Position numbers and translations under genes: made by a program. The notes under the pieces were generated by a model. That model was not told the origin of the DNA and did no database searches. It was given only the letters and a program-made list of their open reading frames with translations. Below, piece after piece: positions 40,101-54,000 of a DNA stretch of 64,000 bases. This DNA is from Phoronis australis. Its lineage: Eukaryota > Animalia > Phoronida. Where the stretch lies: contig NMRA01000303.1 in assembly GCA_002633005.1 (NCBI GenBank), positions 372,706 to 436,705 of the forward strand, read 5' to 3'. Numbering within the stretch: position 1 is the first letter of the stretch; each line of letters begins with the position of its first letter.

Positions 40101-40913
40101 GTAGTTGGACGATGCAAATAAAAAGTAGGCTGAAAATTGCCAAATGTCTTAAACAACAAGTTTTGTGTCGAAATTGATCCGCCCTGTTTCATAAGTATCG
40201 TGACGTGATGTTGGCGAATAACACTTCATGATGTAAGTAATGTGAACTCACAAGAAAGCTGTCAGTAGTGAAAAGGTCACCTAGTTGGCGAATGTTTTGT
40301 TTCAACATCTCCAAGATGTCAACTGAATACAAGTGCACTTTGTTTAACGTAGATGATGTTTAAATATCATTGTCGTTTAGTTCATGCTATACATCAGCAT
40401 AATTAGGAGCACTGATGCAAATACGTCTTTAAAGAGACAGCTGCTGAGCCTATAAGTTCACAATTTGTCTAAATCATATAAACTTTGCTCACTGGTTAAA
40501 GCGACACCTCTCCGTCCAGTATGGTCGACGGGACTCGAGGTGAAATTTAAGCAGACTCATTAAAACGGCAAAAAGAAACATTTGTGTGGGGTGGCGCATA
40601 CCTTTAATGCGTTTTATATTCAATAATGTCACATTCATTTCTCAAAAATTTATGGACTAATTTTTTTGCAGTTCAGCTTTGCGAAAATTACCAGTATAAC
40701 TATCGTCCATTGCAGACATGACCATTGTTTTTCCGACCATATAATTTTATTTATTTTTCACAAGGGAATGCTGTGCACAAAACGACATACCAAATACATG
40801 TATGTTGCACTTTAAAATCATAAAAAATAAATGGTGTTGAGTTATTACCTACAGACGTAGTAGTCTTATTACAAATGACACAATCCTCACGTCGTCGCAT
40901 GCTCTGGAGACCG

Positions 40914-41009
40914 TATAAATAAGGCGAGGAAAGTGGAAGTAGAATGTACAACCCAGACTGGCTGGTGAATAGTACAGAAACCTCAAATCTGTCATCGAAG
41001 GTTGCATAG
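40914..41009 (+). promoter_or_regulatory. Putative TATA box and non-coding first exon of paralog 3
   Basis: TATAAATAA at 40914, followed ~95 nt later by AG|GTAAGG at 41010. The ATG exon at 42040 begins right after a polypyrimidine-TAG acceptor, which implies an upstream 5'UTR exon. Confidence 0.45.
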
Positions 41010-42042
41010 GTAAGGCATCTTGTGTTCTGAAGCTGTTGGCGTACGACTAAGCTTGAAATTTATCAATAGGTCAGTTAAAGTTGTACTTCGACCAATTTAG
41101 CTAACTGAAAATGATCTTGCAATATCACCATACCGTAATTGGATTCTATTTGCAGTACCAACAAGAACGTCAAATCTTTCGGTAACTCAAGACAACAGTT
41201 TATTCGGTCTGGCAAATCTTAAGATTACATTCGAAATTAAGCCGGATGCGTATTGCATGTGACTTGAATTGCCGATTCATGCGACAAGGTCGGAAGAGAA
41301 TGGTTTAGTTTTTCTAAGGAATCAACACGGCTAAACAGCGGCCAAATGTTGAACATATACGTCAACTTTCCACATAGATCTTTTCTGGTTTTCGTGATTG
41401 GGTGCGCTCATTTTTGCTATGCTATTTTTGTTACCAATCGTTTGGTTAGATTGCTCATATTATATTTAGTCTCACACAAAACACATGAGTCATGGGAAAA
41501 CAAAGCATTGATTCCATTTTAATCTCCTGTACAGTTCCTGAACATTTTGTCGCTTGGACGTCTAGAGGAATGCAAGGGGTGGGCAGCCGGCGTTCTATAG
41601 ACACCAAGACGCCGCCAGATCGTCACAAAGTATTCGTGACCAGCACGCTTAAAGCCTTATAACTTGGTCACAAACTGAGAGATGGTCCGCCAATCCAGTC
41701 GATTGAGTTCTATTTAACATAATGAGCCGATTTTCATTGGATCAGTAACTCAGAAGATGTCTTCCTGGTAGTAACGATTCATGATATTTGACGTCGAGGC
41801 CTGGCTGGCGATCCCAGTAATCAATCGCATTTCAGCAAATGTGACAATTTTGTAACTGCTGTAATCGATTCCTGGTACTTTACGTCATGTGACCGAGGAC
41901 AAGACATTGCTTTAATGTCTCTTGTCTGCTTCTTACAAAGGTCACAGAACTATTATCGATCCCCTGTCACACACATATGTCGTTTCCATATCCGTCAAAC
42001 AATACTTTCGTTGAGGCATGCATTTTTTCTCATTTTTAGGAA

Positions 42043-45000
42043 ATGTTTGAGTTGCGTCGTTCAGTCCTGAGTCTCATCGCGTTGGCAGTGATTGGGAGTA
42101 GCGCGGCCCATAAACAAGGTATGTGTGGTTTTGAACCTCGGTGACACGGAAATCTTGACTGTAGTGTATTTAAAACATCTTAACGGTGCATCGCTAAGAC
42201 TTAAGTTTAAGGAGGTCCAAGTATGAGAAAAATACGTTGTCTCCCGCTGGATTTGGTGGAACCATTAGTCCACTAAATGACAAACTTGATCCCTGTTTTT
42301 AGAAACATTCCAAATTTCAGTGCATGACTTTCGTAGACGACCACTAGGAGTGTACTATGTGAAGCCGAAGCGGAAAAATCCAAGGCAACTTATTTTCTAC
42401 TCAAGAATTATAGTCCATATGGAAAGCCAAAGCGGGAAAATTCCAAGAAACACATTTTGTATGCAAGATTTAAAAATAGGCCAAAGCATTATTTTATGTT
42501 GCCCTGCAAATAAATACAAATACTTCTAAACCAGAATTTTACTTATATAAGAATTAAAAATAGACCACAACAACGTCGCTACTGATTTCAGTTCCACGCA
42601 AACCAGCGGTTCTTTCACATATTCTGTTCGTTTCCCAAGTTCACTGTATAGACAAATACAATAAGAGTAATTCCCAATAATCATCTACTTTAACTCTGTT
42701 TAAAAAGGTCAGAGGTTACATAATTAAACGAAATCACCTATATATTCAAACTGCTACCGACAAGCTATAGCAGGTTTCGTGTATGTAATGTACAGTAAAA
42801 AGCTTCATTTGAAAAAAATGTACGGACTATCAACATGTAGTGCCTTATTGTGTAAAATTCTTCAAGAATCGGAAGAGGAGAGAACGAAGATAATGCAGGC
42901 TAGCTCTCAGTTGAGGTCGCCTAAGTCGTTCAACTTTACTAGCAACTCCGGCAAGATGTTTCCATTCGGGTCAGCCGCAGGAGACACTCTCATGGGAGCT
43001 ACAGATGACGGCTGTGAAGAGTTTTCTTATGGTACAAATATCACATACTTTGATTCATCCTATGGCACTTTGTGGGTAAGTTAATTCTTTGCTGCCATAA
43101 CATGGCTAAGTTGTTTTCAGTGGATCTTGACTGTACTTCGGGAGCAAGTTTTCTGTTATACAGAATTTAAAAGGTCCTTGGTACACTTCCCTTAGGGTTG
43201 TAGCTTGACCAACTAAATTTAAAAAGGTTTATTTGAGCCCTCGGTTCCAGCGTTTTCTTTAATTGTGCAAATTTATAGTCATTTGATTCACCAATCTGAT
43301 ACAACGGTAGTTCTCACACTGCAAAACCTGTTACAAACACAAATCATCCTGAATTATTGAAGGGAAGAAGCAACACGCTAGGTACAAAGGTTGTATCAAT
43401 TTATGATTAGAGCAACGCAATTTAGCCATACATGACATAACAATACACGGAATGTTCAGCAACAAGTAAAATTCCATTCAAAATCAGTTGTAAATGAGGA
43501 CTAGGGACTGCGTTTTGAACTATTTTCCACAGCAAATCGCGAGTACCAGAGCAAGAAATCCCCAGTTGGAAGACAAATAGTGGCGTTAAAATTGTAACTC
43601 TCATTACTAAATGTGATGACTAACACATGGAAGTAAAAGAGGAACTGTGGCCTAGTGGGATATATGACGTGTACTCTTCCTTTACTCAAGGTCGTGGGTT
43701 GAGTCCCATTGCTAGAACCCTGAATCAAGTCTTTAGCTCCTCACCTCATTTTTATCAAATTCATTAGCAAATTATAAGAAAATGAGCAGTTTTAAAGGCA
43801 AAGACTATTAACATTTGAAAAGTGCAGCTACACTGTATGATTCAGCTGGAAAAGGTGAAAACAAAATCGCCAGGAAAAGTACTCATGAAAGTTATTAAAA
43901 CCCTATAATTCAGGGCCAACCGGCTATTAGGGGAATCTTATATATAAAATAAACACAAACACATACACATACAACCCCTACAAGCATACACAGACACAGA
44001 CACAGACACACAGACACACACACACACACGCGCACGCGCGCGCACATATTTCATTGAAAACACGACTTTGATCTGTTTTTACTAGTTTAATCTCAGTTTT
44101 TTCCAACTCTAAAGAACTGAGATTAAACTAGTAAAAACAGATCAAAGTCGTGTTTTCAATGAAATATGTATACGAGAAAGATTACTGTCAAATTATAGTG
44201 ATTTCAAGTTACATACATATATACACAAAACATACCTCGATTGGCGTACATGAAGTAATATCCCACTCGACCTTATTCCGCGTATCGACCTCAACCGAAG
44301 TTTTTTCGGCAGATTTTTCAAATACTTCACCGAGACTGTTCACAAGGCGGATCACATCCTATGTGTATGTACTTGCGCGTTAGGTTGCAAGTTTTCTCTT
44401 GTAAAATACAGTTATAAAAAACGATTTATTTCTTGAAAAGAGGTAACAAAGATGAAAACAACGGCAACTGTGCAGTGAACTTTTAACACCTCCTGGAAAT
44501 AGTTAAATAACAACAATATTTGATTTTGTAATTTCCTGGGAATCGGCGCCTGAGTTGCAGACGATATAGTATTCAGCAATTGAAAACTGAGACAGAAGTG
44601 TCATATAATTAATAGTTTTGTTCCAAATTTTACGTTTAAAGCATGTCGAGTGTAAGTTACACTGCTACAACTGTGTTAGTTAAAACGATATTCGGAAAGT
44701 TTGATGATCGAACCGGCTGTCGTCTAGTCGACATTGACCTACTTTTGGAAATTTCCATGTCAGAAGTCACTGTTAAAGTAGTGCTGGAGGTGAATACGGA
44801 AAACTTTAATACATGGACGTATTTCCCTCGACAGATTCAACGCGTATGGGATAAATACATATACACATACATACGTACATACAAACATACGTACATATAC
44901 ATACATACATACATACATACATACATACATAAACATAAGGCAAGAAATGTAACATTAATCAAACGGTTTGCTGTCTTTCCCGTCGGTTATCTATGCATTT

Positions 45001-48000
45001 TTAGAATGACACCATCCTCCAAGAACATTTTCTGCAATGTCACGAACGTAAAATCATCCGTTATTCTATTCATAGAGCAAGACTTGCTGTAAATGGAAGT
45101 ATTGGAGTACCTTTGGATTGCTTTCGAGAAACCTTTTTTGCATGAACAGCAAACATGGTCGCGCCGCACGCTACCCTTGTTTGCAAGACATTCCTGTTAC
45201 CAACTGCATTTGCCATTCTTTGCAGTATTTCACACCTGCCGTGTCCCATTGTGTATGTTACTGGCTTTACGTTGCTCTGAGGGGGTAGTAATGCGTCATG
45301 TTATCTCCACTTGAGAATGCCTTTTAATCATAATGTCTCTTGGTCAGTTACTTTACCAATGTTCTGTTGAATGTCGACCTTTGTTCCGAGGGTACAAGCG
45401 GAATGGAAAAAAGATAGCCAACAACGACAAGTGTCGTGTCTTGAACAAGTTTTAGAAATACACTGACTCACGCACATACAGGTACACATACACAAAGTAA
45501 CACATATACATACATACAAACGTACATACATACAACGTAATACTCACTGTCAGAATGAATATTGAATAAGTAATTAGTAAGACTAGATCCATTTTAAGTT
45601 GCCCAAAACTTGTGCATATGTACTTATAAATCATGGGGTCAAACTCGTTGATACAGGTATGTACTTTAACGTCAATATCTATTTTTAAATGGTGTTTACA
45701 ACTTTGGGTTCAGGGGTCAAAGCGAAACAATTCTGTTATACCGGTGAAGAGTTAAGGAAGTGCACAGAGGAGCTCTTGCGGCAGGTCTCGGAGCGTGAAG
45801 AGCGCGCCCATAAATGGAAACTGGAACAGGCAGAGCCCGCCCATAAACAAGAGCTGGAAAAAGCAAAGCTTGCACGGGAACAATCAGAGCGGACCCAAGT
45901 TTTTGAGACTGAGAAGTAGAAGACACTGCAACTCCAGATTGAGCTCCAAGCGACACCTAGTTGTGGGGCTGTAAGCAGTGGTGTACGTACCAGTCGTCCC
46001 AAACTGCCAAGGTTTGACGAGCGTGTCGACGACATGGATGCCTTCCTAGCACGATTTGAGACGTTCGACACAAGCCAGAAATAGAATAGATCGGAGTGGG
46101 CTGTGGGCTTGAGTCCATTGCTGACAGGCAAAGGCCTACAGGTGTTCAACAACATGCCGTACGACCAAATTAACAAATATGACCAACTAAAGGTGGCGCT
46201 GCTGCACAGGTATGAACTAACTGAAGACTGGTTCCGACGAAACTTCAGTGAGTCCAAACCTGAAAAGTGTGAAAACGCGTTACAGTTCGGAGCAAGACTG
46301 AAAATATTCTTTGACTGATGGACACAACTGGCGGAAGTTGAGGCGACTTATGATGGACTCAATGACTTACAGATACGAGAGCAGTTTCTGGGAGTATGCC
46401 ATCATGAGATGTCTGTATTCCTGAGGGAACGGAAACCGGAGACCTTCGACGAGATGTCGGCCATTGTTCAACAGTATATGGACGTCCACTGTACTGGTTT
46501 GTTGGGCAAAGGGTTCGCGAAGAAAGACTTAGGACAGGTATCAAAAAGACAGGCACCGCCAAGCAACACAGAAGAACGAAGGACAGAGACTCCTCGTTCG
46601 TCAATGTCCAGAAACAAGGGTGACATGGAGTGTTTCAATTGTCATCGCAAGGGTTATCTAACCAGGGACTGCTGGATGAAACAATTGCGGTCCAAAAGGT
46701 GCGATGCTAGTGAGCAGTCGTCTTCCACTCAGCAAGAACGGACTAAGAAAGAAGACACCATGAAGGCGGGAATGTGTCAAGCTGTGGTAGCGACGGTTAG
46801 CCCAGTAGAGCAGCACATAGTTCATGGCTGTCTCTAGTTAGTCGATGGAACATCGATACCCGTAGATACAGGAGCCAGTGACAAGCACAGAAAACCTCCA
46901 GCTGACCGCAATATGCCCAGTTGCGTCAACGAGAAAAAAGTATGCATGGTGCGTGACACTGGTGGCAGTAGTGCAGCGGTGAAGACGTCCGTAGTCAAAG
47001 AAAGTCAAGTGATGGGGAAACAACACATCTGTGTGTTAATAGATGGGGCAGCACGATCCTTCCTCATAGCGAAAATTGAGGTAAATACTCCATACTTAGT
47101 TGGTGAAATTGAGGCGATATGTATGCGAACACCGATCTACGACCTCCTGATAGGGAATGATGTTGGCGTCAGCAAGGATCCTGATCCCAGTTGGCAGCCA
47201 CAAGGCAGCGTCATGTCTGCAGTCACTACTAGAGCACAGGCTAAGAAGAGAGAGAAACCTATTAAGCCTTTGGCGGTGACTCCATCCGTAGTGGAAAGTC
47301 TCGACGTCAGCAAATTAAAGGACGAACAACAATATGATCCTTTCCTACCTAAGATCATGGAACTTGTTGAGAAAAACAAACCAGCAAGAATACGTGGTAG
47401 AGGTCAATACTGGTACGAGAAGCAGAAGGGGATCCTGTACCGAGTGTATGCTGATAACACCAAAGAACTGCGTCGGATAGTTGTCCCTGTCAAATATCGA
47501 CAACAAGTTATTACGCTAGCTCAAGAGTCAATCGTTGGAAGGCACCTTGGTGTGAAGAAGACTAGTGATAGAATAGCCAGGAGCTTTTATTGGCCAGGAG
47601 TTGGCAGTGACATAAATCGTTTCTGCAGATCATGTGACCTCTGCCAGCGAACAATTCCTTAGGGCAGGATCTCTAAAGTGCCATTGGGCGAGATGCCGCT
47701 TATGGAAGAACCGTTCCAGCGTATAGCTGTTGATTTGATTGGTCCTGTATCGCCAATCACAGACAGTTTACCACTCCGTACAATCCGAAATGCAATGGAT
47801 TGCATGAGCGTATTAACGGTGTACTGAAGAGTATACTTAAGAAAATTTGCCAAGACCGTTCATAAGATTGGGACCGGTACTTACCAGCAGTACTGTTCGC
47901 CTACCGAGAGGTACCACAGGTGAGCACAGGTTTCTCGCCATTTCAACTGTTGTATGGTAGAACCGTGCGAGGGCCCATGCAGGTGTTTAAAGAGTTGTGG

Positions 48001-51000
48001 TCTGGCAATTAAACACCAGACGTACGGAAAACTTATGAGTATGTCCTCGACTTGCGACATCGTGTGGAAGTGACATGTGAACTGGTGAGGGAAAACTTAA
48101 AAGACACGAGATCGTCGCTTCAAAGTAGGAGACCAAGTTTTAATATTGTTACCAACCGAGAGTAACAAGCTGCGACTGCAGTGGAGGGGTCCCTATGAAG
48201 TGACCGAGGTACTCAAAAAAATGCACTTCCGAGTAAGGGTTGATGGAAAGACCAAGACAAACCATGCCAACCTGTTGAAACTCTACATATCTCGTGACCA
48301 AAGTGGGGCTGCAAGTAAAGATGATGCAGATCAGAATTTCAGAATTTTGACTTCGCAGCCATAGCTGTACTGCAGACTGAAACAGACAATGAAGTTGGTG
48401 TTGTCGATGATGAACATCTACTAGAGTTGAAATCGACAAACCAAAAAGAAACGTACACAGACGTCAAGATATCAGACGAGTTCACTACTAGCCAACGAAG
48501 GGAGGTGACAAGTCTGTTGGAAGAGTACTCTGATATCCACAGTGAAGTACCTGGTACAACCCATATGAGCACAAGATTGAGGCTATTAGTGAAGAGCTGG
48601 TGAGAGTCAAGCCATATCCCCTGCCATTTGCCACACGGACCGTTGTGTAGGAAGAAGTCGACAACATGTTAAAGTGTGGAGTCATAAAACCCTCCGATGC
48701 TCCCTACAACTCTCCGGTGGTCTTAGCGAAGAAGAAGGACGGTTCAAATCGATTCTGCATCGATTTTCGTCGTTTGAACGCCATCACTAAGTTCACTTGA
48801 GAGTAGAGTTTTGTTCCGAAAGTACGAACGTAACGGAATAAAGATTGTGAACAATTAAAAGTGCCGTGCGTTTAACCAATTCTGTATAACACACGTACAT
48901 ACTTACATACATACGTACATACATACATACATACGTACATACATACATACATACGTACATACATACGTATATAAAACATACATACATACGTACATACATA
49001 CATGCATACATGTACATGTATATATATTATTTCATAGGGCACCATACTTTTGAAACCATAAACACTATGTTCTCTTTGGACGGCTAATTATCTACAATTT
49101 TCTATCGTTAAACCATGTAGCAACATACGGAATTACTGAGACAGACTTGATTTTAACCACCTCTACGTAATTCTCAAAAATATGCCATTTCTTGTCACTT
49201 TGTATAGGGAGGGTTCTAATTAGCTTTCTGCGATATCCTGCATATCATTCTAAGCTAAATTAAACAGTTTTGTCAGATCTTTTACAGATTTCAGCTGATT
49301 TACGACTAATTGATTAGTCCACTCCTCTCGAAAATTCAGTTTTTCTCGACGTATTTTTACTTTCAACCCCCAACTGTCTGCTAGCTCATTTTGCTTATTG
49401 TACACTTTTGACATAATACCATAATATATAGGTGTACAGTAAACCTCGGTTAAGTCGGATCCAATGAGACAAAGATTTCCTCACAGATAAGCGACTTCCG
49501 CCTTATCTGAAGGTACTGTAGGCCCAACAACGAGTTTGACCCAGTTTATGCCTACTGCAGTGACACCCATTCCATTGGCGCAACAACTCTTAGTCGATAC
49601 ATGTAGCCCTGAATTCGCTAGCCATCTCAACTCGTATAATGCCGCGTCTCTTTTTACATCTGCTAATCCACGAAGACGAAACAACTGGCTCTTAAGTATC
49701 GGTCAACAGCTGTTTACGGAAGACATTCGCTTGCTCAACCAAGATGGTCCCGAGACGAATTTCGGATCCTGCAGACATGGTCCGAAACCAAAGAAAGAGC
49801 TCAACATGGGAGTGAGTGGACATGCAGATGCGTTTCGTGATAGATGACAGTTGTTTGGCTCGCAGATTTAATTTTCTCACCGTTAAACAATATGTCGCTC
49901 AGAGTTTGAGGCGCAATCTTAAATCTAATGGCTATGTCCTTTTTCTTCATTGTTGGATGATCGTTGGCATATCTGGCATTAGTTTCTCCTCGTAAGTGCG
50001 AGTGCACACTGTTCTCTTCGCAGCCATGTCTTTTCTCGTTTACCTAGACTGTGCAACAGAATTTCCTAAAAACTCACCAGTTGAAAGCGCACACTTCAGG
50101 TGGGATAGTTTTTTATTTAGCTTTTTTAAGTTGGCAATAAATTGTAATTTTTGGTTGTTTTTGTATTCGATCCTTGACGATTCCTAGGAATTGGGATGCA
50201 GAATGTTTATAAACTTGCAAAATAAAAAAATCATATACTCATGTATAGCACTGGAATGAGATCACCCGAAAAAATATTGTAGGTGGATCTAAAACTTTTT
50301 TTCTGCAAAAGAACAGCACGTGCACGCCGAAAGGGACACTCTCATGTACATATACACTGTACGTTAAAGTAAAGTTCATCAGCCCATCTTGACCATCGTC
50401 CAGCGCATCGCTGATATCATCCAAGACTCCACGTGAAGTTACGGTTTAGGCGTTCTGTCACAAAATTATGAAGTCACACATGTGCATGTATGTTCTAAAT
50501 TTTTTAAGAAAAAAAATGGAGACGGAATCCGGCTTAAAGGAGATAAAAAGGCGGGGGGTGGGGTTGGTCAATTGTTAATCGAATTTTTTCCAAGTTGAGA
50601 AAAGATCAGACTTAAAGGAGAATGACACCCGATTTAATTAGTCGTTTTTACCGTCTTAATGGGTCTATATCCACATCGCATCTTATAAGGTCGACCTCAC
50701 CTTGCCGCGAGGTGTCGCGTTGACGTGTGAGGAAGGTGATAAGCGACGGAGCGACGTCAGTGGTTCGTCTGCAGAGTGAATGCCGCTATATTGCGGTGCA
50801 TCGTTCCCGCTTGTACGAACTATGAAGCTGCGAAGAAAGCGGGTACATCGTTTTTTCGACTTCCTCGAGAGCCCGAAATGCTTAGGAAGTAACTCACGGT
50901 AGTGAAGAATGAAAGGTATGCTGTTAATAGCAAGTATGAGGACGGGAAACATCTCCGTGTCTGTGGCCGACATTTCGTCGACAGTGATTTCTCTGGCGAA

Positions 51001-54000
51001 TTCCGGCTTATCAAAGAACTATCCATACGTTCCGTTGACTGTGTATGTTCACGGCGCCTCTGTAGTATTGCTTGATCAATGAATTCCGGTTCGAACTGAC
51101 AGCCTGTGTATCCTAACGATCCATCTGTGAAGTCTTCGTCGGATGAGCTCTTGACTAAGTCGGGATTGGCGACGGCGAGTTACAATGTAGACGTTTATTA
51201 TTCTGCGTTCTGTTTCAAAATGAATTATTCGCATCCTAAAATGATCCTAACCAATGCAGCTTATATGAAATTGAAACAAAGTCTGTCTCATTAAATACAG
51301 TTTGTAATGCCTTTGAGTGCTCGTGATTGCAAATGTTTTGAGAAGCCATCAATGAATAAACCACTGCGTTACCGGCTTTTGGTGCCGGCAACGAAGGAAA
51401 TTAACCGGCCACCGGGAGGCCGTGTGAGCGCATGCTAATTCATTGTTTGCTGACAGAAAGTTGTTGTGAAACAGTTACTCGATTTTATATGCTATTGTCA
51501 CATGTTACGGGAATCTTTATTTAGAAATACAAATACATTATTCAAATCATTGTTACTGTACAACCTTTGTCCTGACGGTCTGTGGAAGGGGAACCCTACT
51601 TCGCGGCCCCCGACAAGTAAGTAGATTTTCAGTTTCGTCACGGACTAATTCACATAAATAATTACGTGCACATTATTTCTTTGGCTCACTATTATAGTCT
51701 TTTCGTGACTGGAGGTTTAGTTTCCAACTCAAGCTGGTTTATGTTCGTTGCAGTCCCGGCGGCCGCGATGGGCCTGATCGGGTTCCGAGCCACTGGCCGG
51801 GATAACAAGCGTTTTTTGTATTTAGATCTCAAAAAATCACAAGCATAAACAGCACAGATCTAGGTTCTCCTGTCTGTATTTCACGGAAGTATACTTCGAA
51901 TTTATCGTCGAACAGACCCCAAACTCCTGCTACGGACCTTGGTAAATTGGCCTGTCGAACTTTGTAGTCTACTGTGTGTCCAAATACCAGTAAATCCGTA
52001 ACAGCGAAATAAAACAACACGTTTTTATAAGAACTTGGTGTATTTCTAACAGTTTTAGATCGAAGTTTGATGATTTATTGGTGTTAAACGATGAATTCAA
52101 GCGATAAGCTGACACCACTAACCCCTGTTGTGAACTGCTGAACAGACTGCGTGTGAAACCAATTACGTCATTGGATAATTTCAACACCTCCGTCTGCCGT
52201 CAGGTGTCAGGTAACGCAACCGTACCTGCCGTTATAGAGTAGAACTGCTCGATCTAAATTGATACAAATTAGGTTGGTTTTTTGGGTGGCATTCTCCTTT
52301 AAGAAACCCATCGAAGACTTTATTAAGGAATTAATGCTAGCTGGTCAACCGTTCCACAGAACCTTGTCCGAATTGGGGGAAGATCTGACTTAACCGAGGT
52401 TTACTGAAGTAAGAGAATTAGTTTTCAGTGTATTGAGCCATCACAGCGCAACATAAATCTCTTTAGGTATGCCAGAATGGAATTGTGAGTTTTGACGGTG
52501 AAGTTTGGTGGTACACGCCTCGTCGGATGTCAAGCTCTTCCCAGTACAAGAGGATAATAGCGGTTTATTGGTCAGACATCGACACGAGGTTTGGAGTTGG
52601 CAGTATTTACTATGGAAAACACACGAGCGGACCAACACTGGAACGCGGCAAGAACATAATAAAGAGTGCGCTTCAGGGTATTCCCAATTTCGACCCAAAG
52701 ATTGTGATCGTAATTACGTGGTACAAATGCACATTCTACGGAGCCAACTTTGTGGGTCGCACTAAGGTACGTACACACGGTACACAATGTGGAAAAGTAA
52801 GCGAGATAGAGTATCTGACGTATGCAGGAAACCATGTTGCTCTTGAACGTTCCTTTGTTGTTCAAATATTTTTAATCATCGTGGAAGGGAGAAGGTATAT
52901 TCACCAGATGGCGCCAATGAATAAAGGGTCGTCTTCTAAGACCTGGAAAGATTGAGGTACTTCATCAGCCTGGTGCACATGTTGGCTGACAGTGCATGTG
53001 ACTGCGTGAATCCAGCCTTCCGTTCAGTAACTCTAGGACCTCGCTTAAAAGCAAGACTTCGCGAGATTACGTGAGGTATTGTCGTGCATTTTAAATGAGA
53101 GCACGTGACTTTGACTAGGTTTTAGCTAGGTCCTAGCGTAGGTCCTAGCGTCTACTCAACGCACGCCTGACATTTCTGCGGGTAGGACGCACTAGCGCCA
53201 CCTATTTAAAGTCCTGTGTTGCATCGATATAATAGCAAGACACATATTACATGTTTGCGTTGAATTAAATTCGTTTATACAGTAATTAATTTATTATTTT
53301 ATTATCCTTGGAAGTAACGGTTCACAGATATCCGAATATACCTTTTCATGCAGCCATTTTAGCTAACACAAGTTAGAATTTACATTATTCTGAAGTAATG
53401 CAAGCAAAGGATTAGACCATGCCCTAGGGGACGACGCAGCAGAATGATCATGATAGACTCTTAATCTTTCTGTTTTGTGTTATCATAGAAGCAGTCCTTT
53501 TTCAATTGGGATAATTCATTTTAGCTTAACACCTTCCAACTTGTACTCGTCTCGGATGGACCAAGAACTTTTGGCTTGAAAATTTACGACCGTCTTCAGT
53601 GGACTACTGGTGAGGATAGTGGTGGATCAGAATACACTGGGTTAGGAGGGGTAGCGGCTGCGGTAAGTTTTTGTCTACATGCCGTCTTTTTTGATAATTA
53701 CAAGCTATTTTTAAACCAAGAACTTAGGTAGACATGCGCTATATGTGCGTAGTAAGCGTTTTGTAGTGCGCCGAATTTTGTGTCCGCTGTACTTACACAT
53801 CACGCACTGTATAATTGGTTGAGCGTTGACATGTATAAAATATATCTGTTTGTTTATATCAACAAGGTTATTGCAATTATATTAAACAAGTAGGTCTAGG
53901 ATGTATTCCAAATGTGCCGGATCTTCCCAATATTCTAGGTAAACTGTCTTCATACACGTCACTCTTGTAATGTGCACACATTGTTCTGAATTTCACGTTT

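Noticed and set aside
45550-45700. 5' LTR/PBS of the gypsy element
   Set aside because: No direct repeat matching 48796-48891 and no convincing PBS.
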